Source of the DNA: Polymyxa betae A26-41
Taxonomy: Eukaryota > Protista > Endomyxa: Phytomyxea
DNA length: 64,000 nucleotides
NCBI GenBank assembly: GCA_003693705.1
Contig: RBZT01000657.1
Span: 95,252-159,251, forward strand
Direction: 5' to 3'
Shown: piece after piece, positions 63,620 through 64,000 of the stretch
Layout: the number at the start of each line of letters is the position of its first letter
Numbering within the stretch: the stretch's first letter is position 1
Program-made: the position numbers and the translations under genes
The notes under the pieces: model-generated
What the model was told of the DNA's origin: nothing
Databases searched by the model: none
Seen by the model: only the letters and a program-made list of their open reading frames with translations

Positions 63620-64000
63620 ATGAATGATGACTCTCATCTGGTTATGGGCCCATAACAGCTCTACAATGCAATTGCTCTCGCCAACGATCCTCAGGAAAGA
63701 GAGCGTCTTTTACGTGAGCTTCTTCAAGTCAATGCTCAGTCCCAGAGAGAACAACAGGATTCATTCAACGTGCAACGCTCGCAAGCCAAAGCTTTAACAT
63801 CGCAGAAACAGCAAGAACTCTTGAAAGCCCAGGCTTTAGCAGCACAGAAACATCAGGAACTGGAGGCATCAAATTAGAGTCATATCGCCAAGCAAAACCT
63901 CAACAGATCAAACCTTAACAACACCGAGCAAGATCTTGAACCCAAAATACGATTACCTGACACTTTCAATGGCGACAGGGGAAGCCTTCGAGGCTTTCTT
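63620..64000 (+). mobile_element. Ty3/gypsy gag 5' end, pseudogenised, runs off the window
   Basis: Hand translation MNDDSHLVMGP*QLYNA...EASN*SHI...EPKIRLPDTFNGDRGSLRGFL; P..F.G.R..LRGFL is the gypsy gag capsid N-terminal motif. Confidence 0.85.

Noticed and set aside
62194-63870. Alternative genetic code (TAA/TAG = Gln) suggested by in-frame stops
   Set aside because: Conserved genes here end in TAA/TAG at the expected positions and have long exons free of them

Overview
Compact, gene-dense eukaryotic DNA (roughly mid-40s % GC by eye, many ~45-60 nt GT-AG introns, intergenic gaps often under 100 bp). It is not prokaryotic. The style fits a protist parasite such as a plasmodiophorid (Spongospora-like), but that taxonomic call is inference only. 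About 57 kb of single-copy housekeeping genes make up the middle: BT1 transporter, WDR70, COQ1-type prenyl synthase, PRCC, P4-ATPase, eIF2-gamma, DEK, TTLL, POT, Psf1, SLC37, UTP14, Lon, TFIIIC tau95, MORN, ATG13, PP2A B'', ProRS, Sds22, DDX3 and a bZIP. This block is bracketed by two directly oriented copies, about 61.3 kb apart, of a secreted effector-like gene surrounded by transposon debris. Both copies are cut at the same position by different mutations. The most unusual items: (1) a TPP1/Est3-like telomere OB-fold gene with a telomere-repeat/G-quadruplex tract just upstream; (2) a DDX3 helicase with a 10x GW/WG Argonaute-hook-like N-terminus; (3) an in-frame Stc1-type Zn finger plus F-box gene; (4) a divergent BRAT1 homologue that keeps the terminal CY motif; (5) a minimal YY1 with a REPO motif and only 2 fingers; (6) a stand-alone REV1-type BRCT protein with a PIP-degron-like tail. 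Gene boundaries were hand-spliced and are approximate where noted. All family calls come from motif recall, not database searches.
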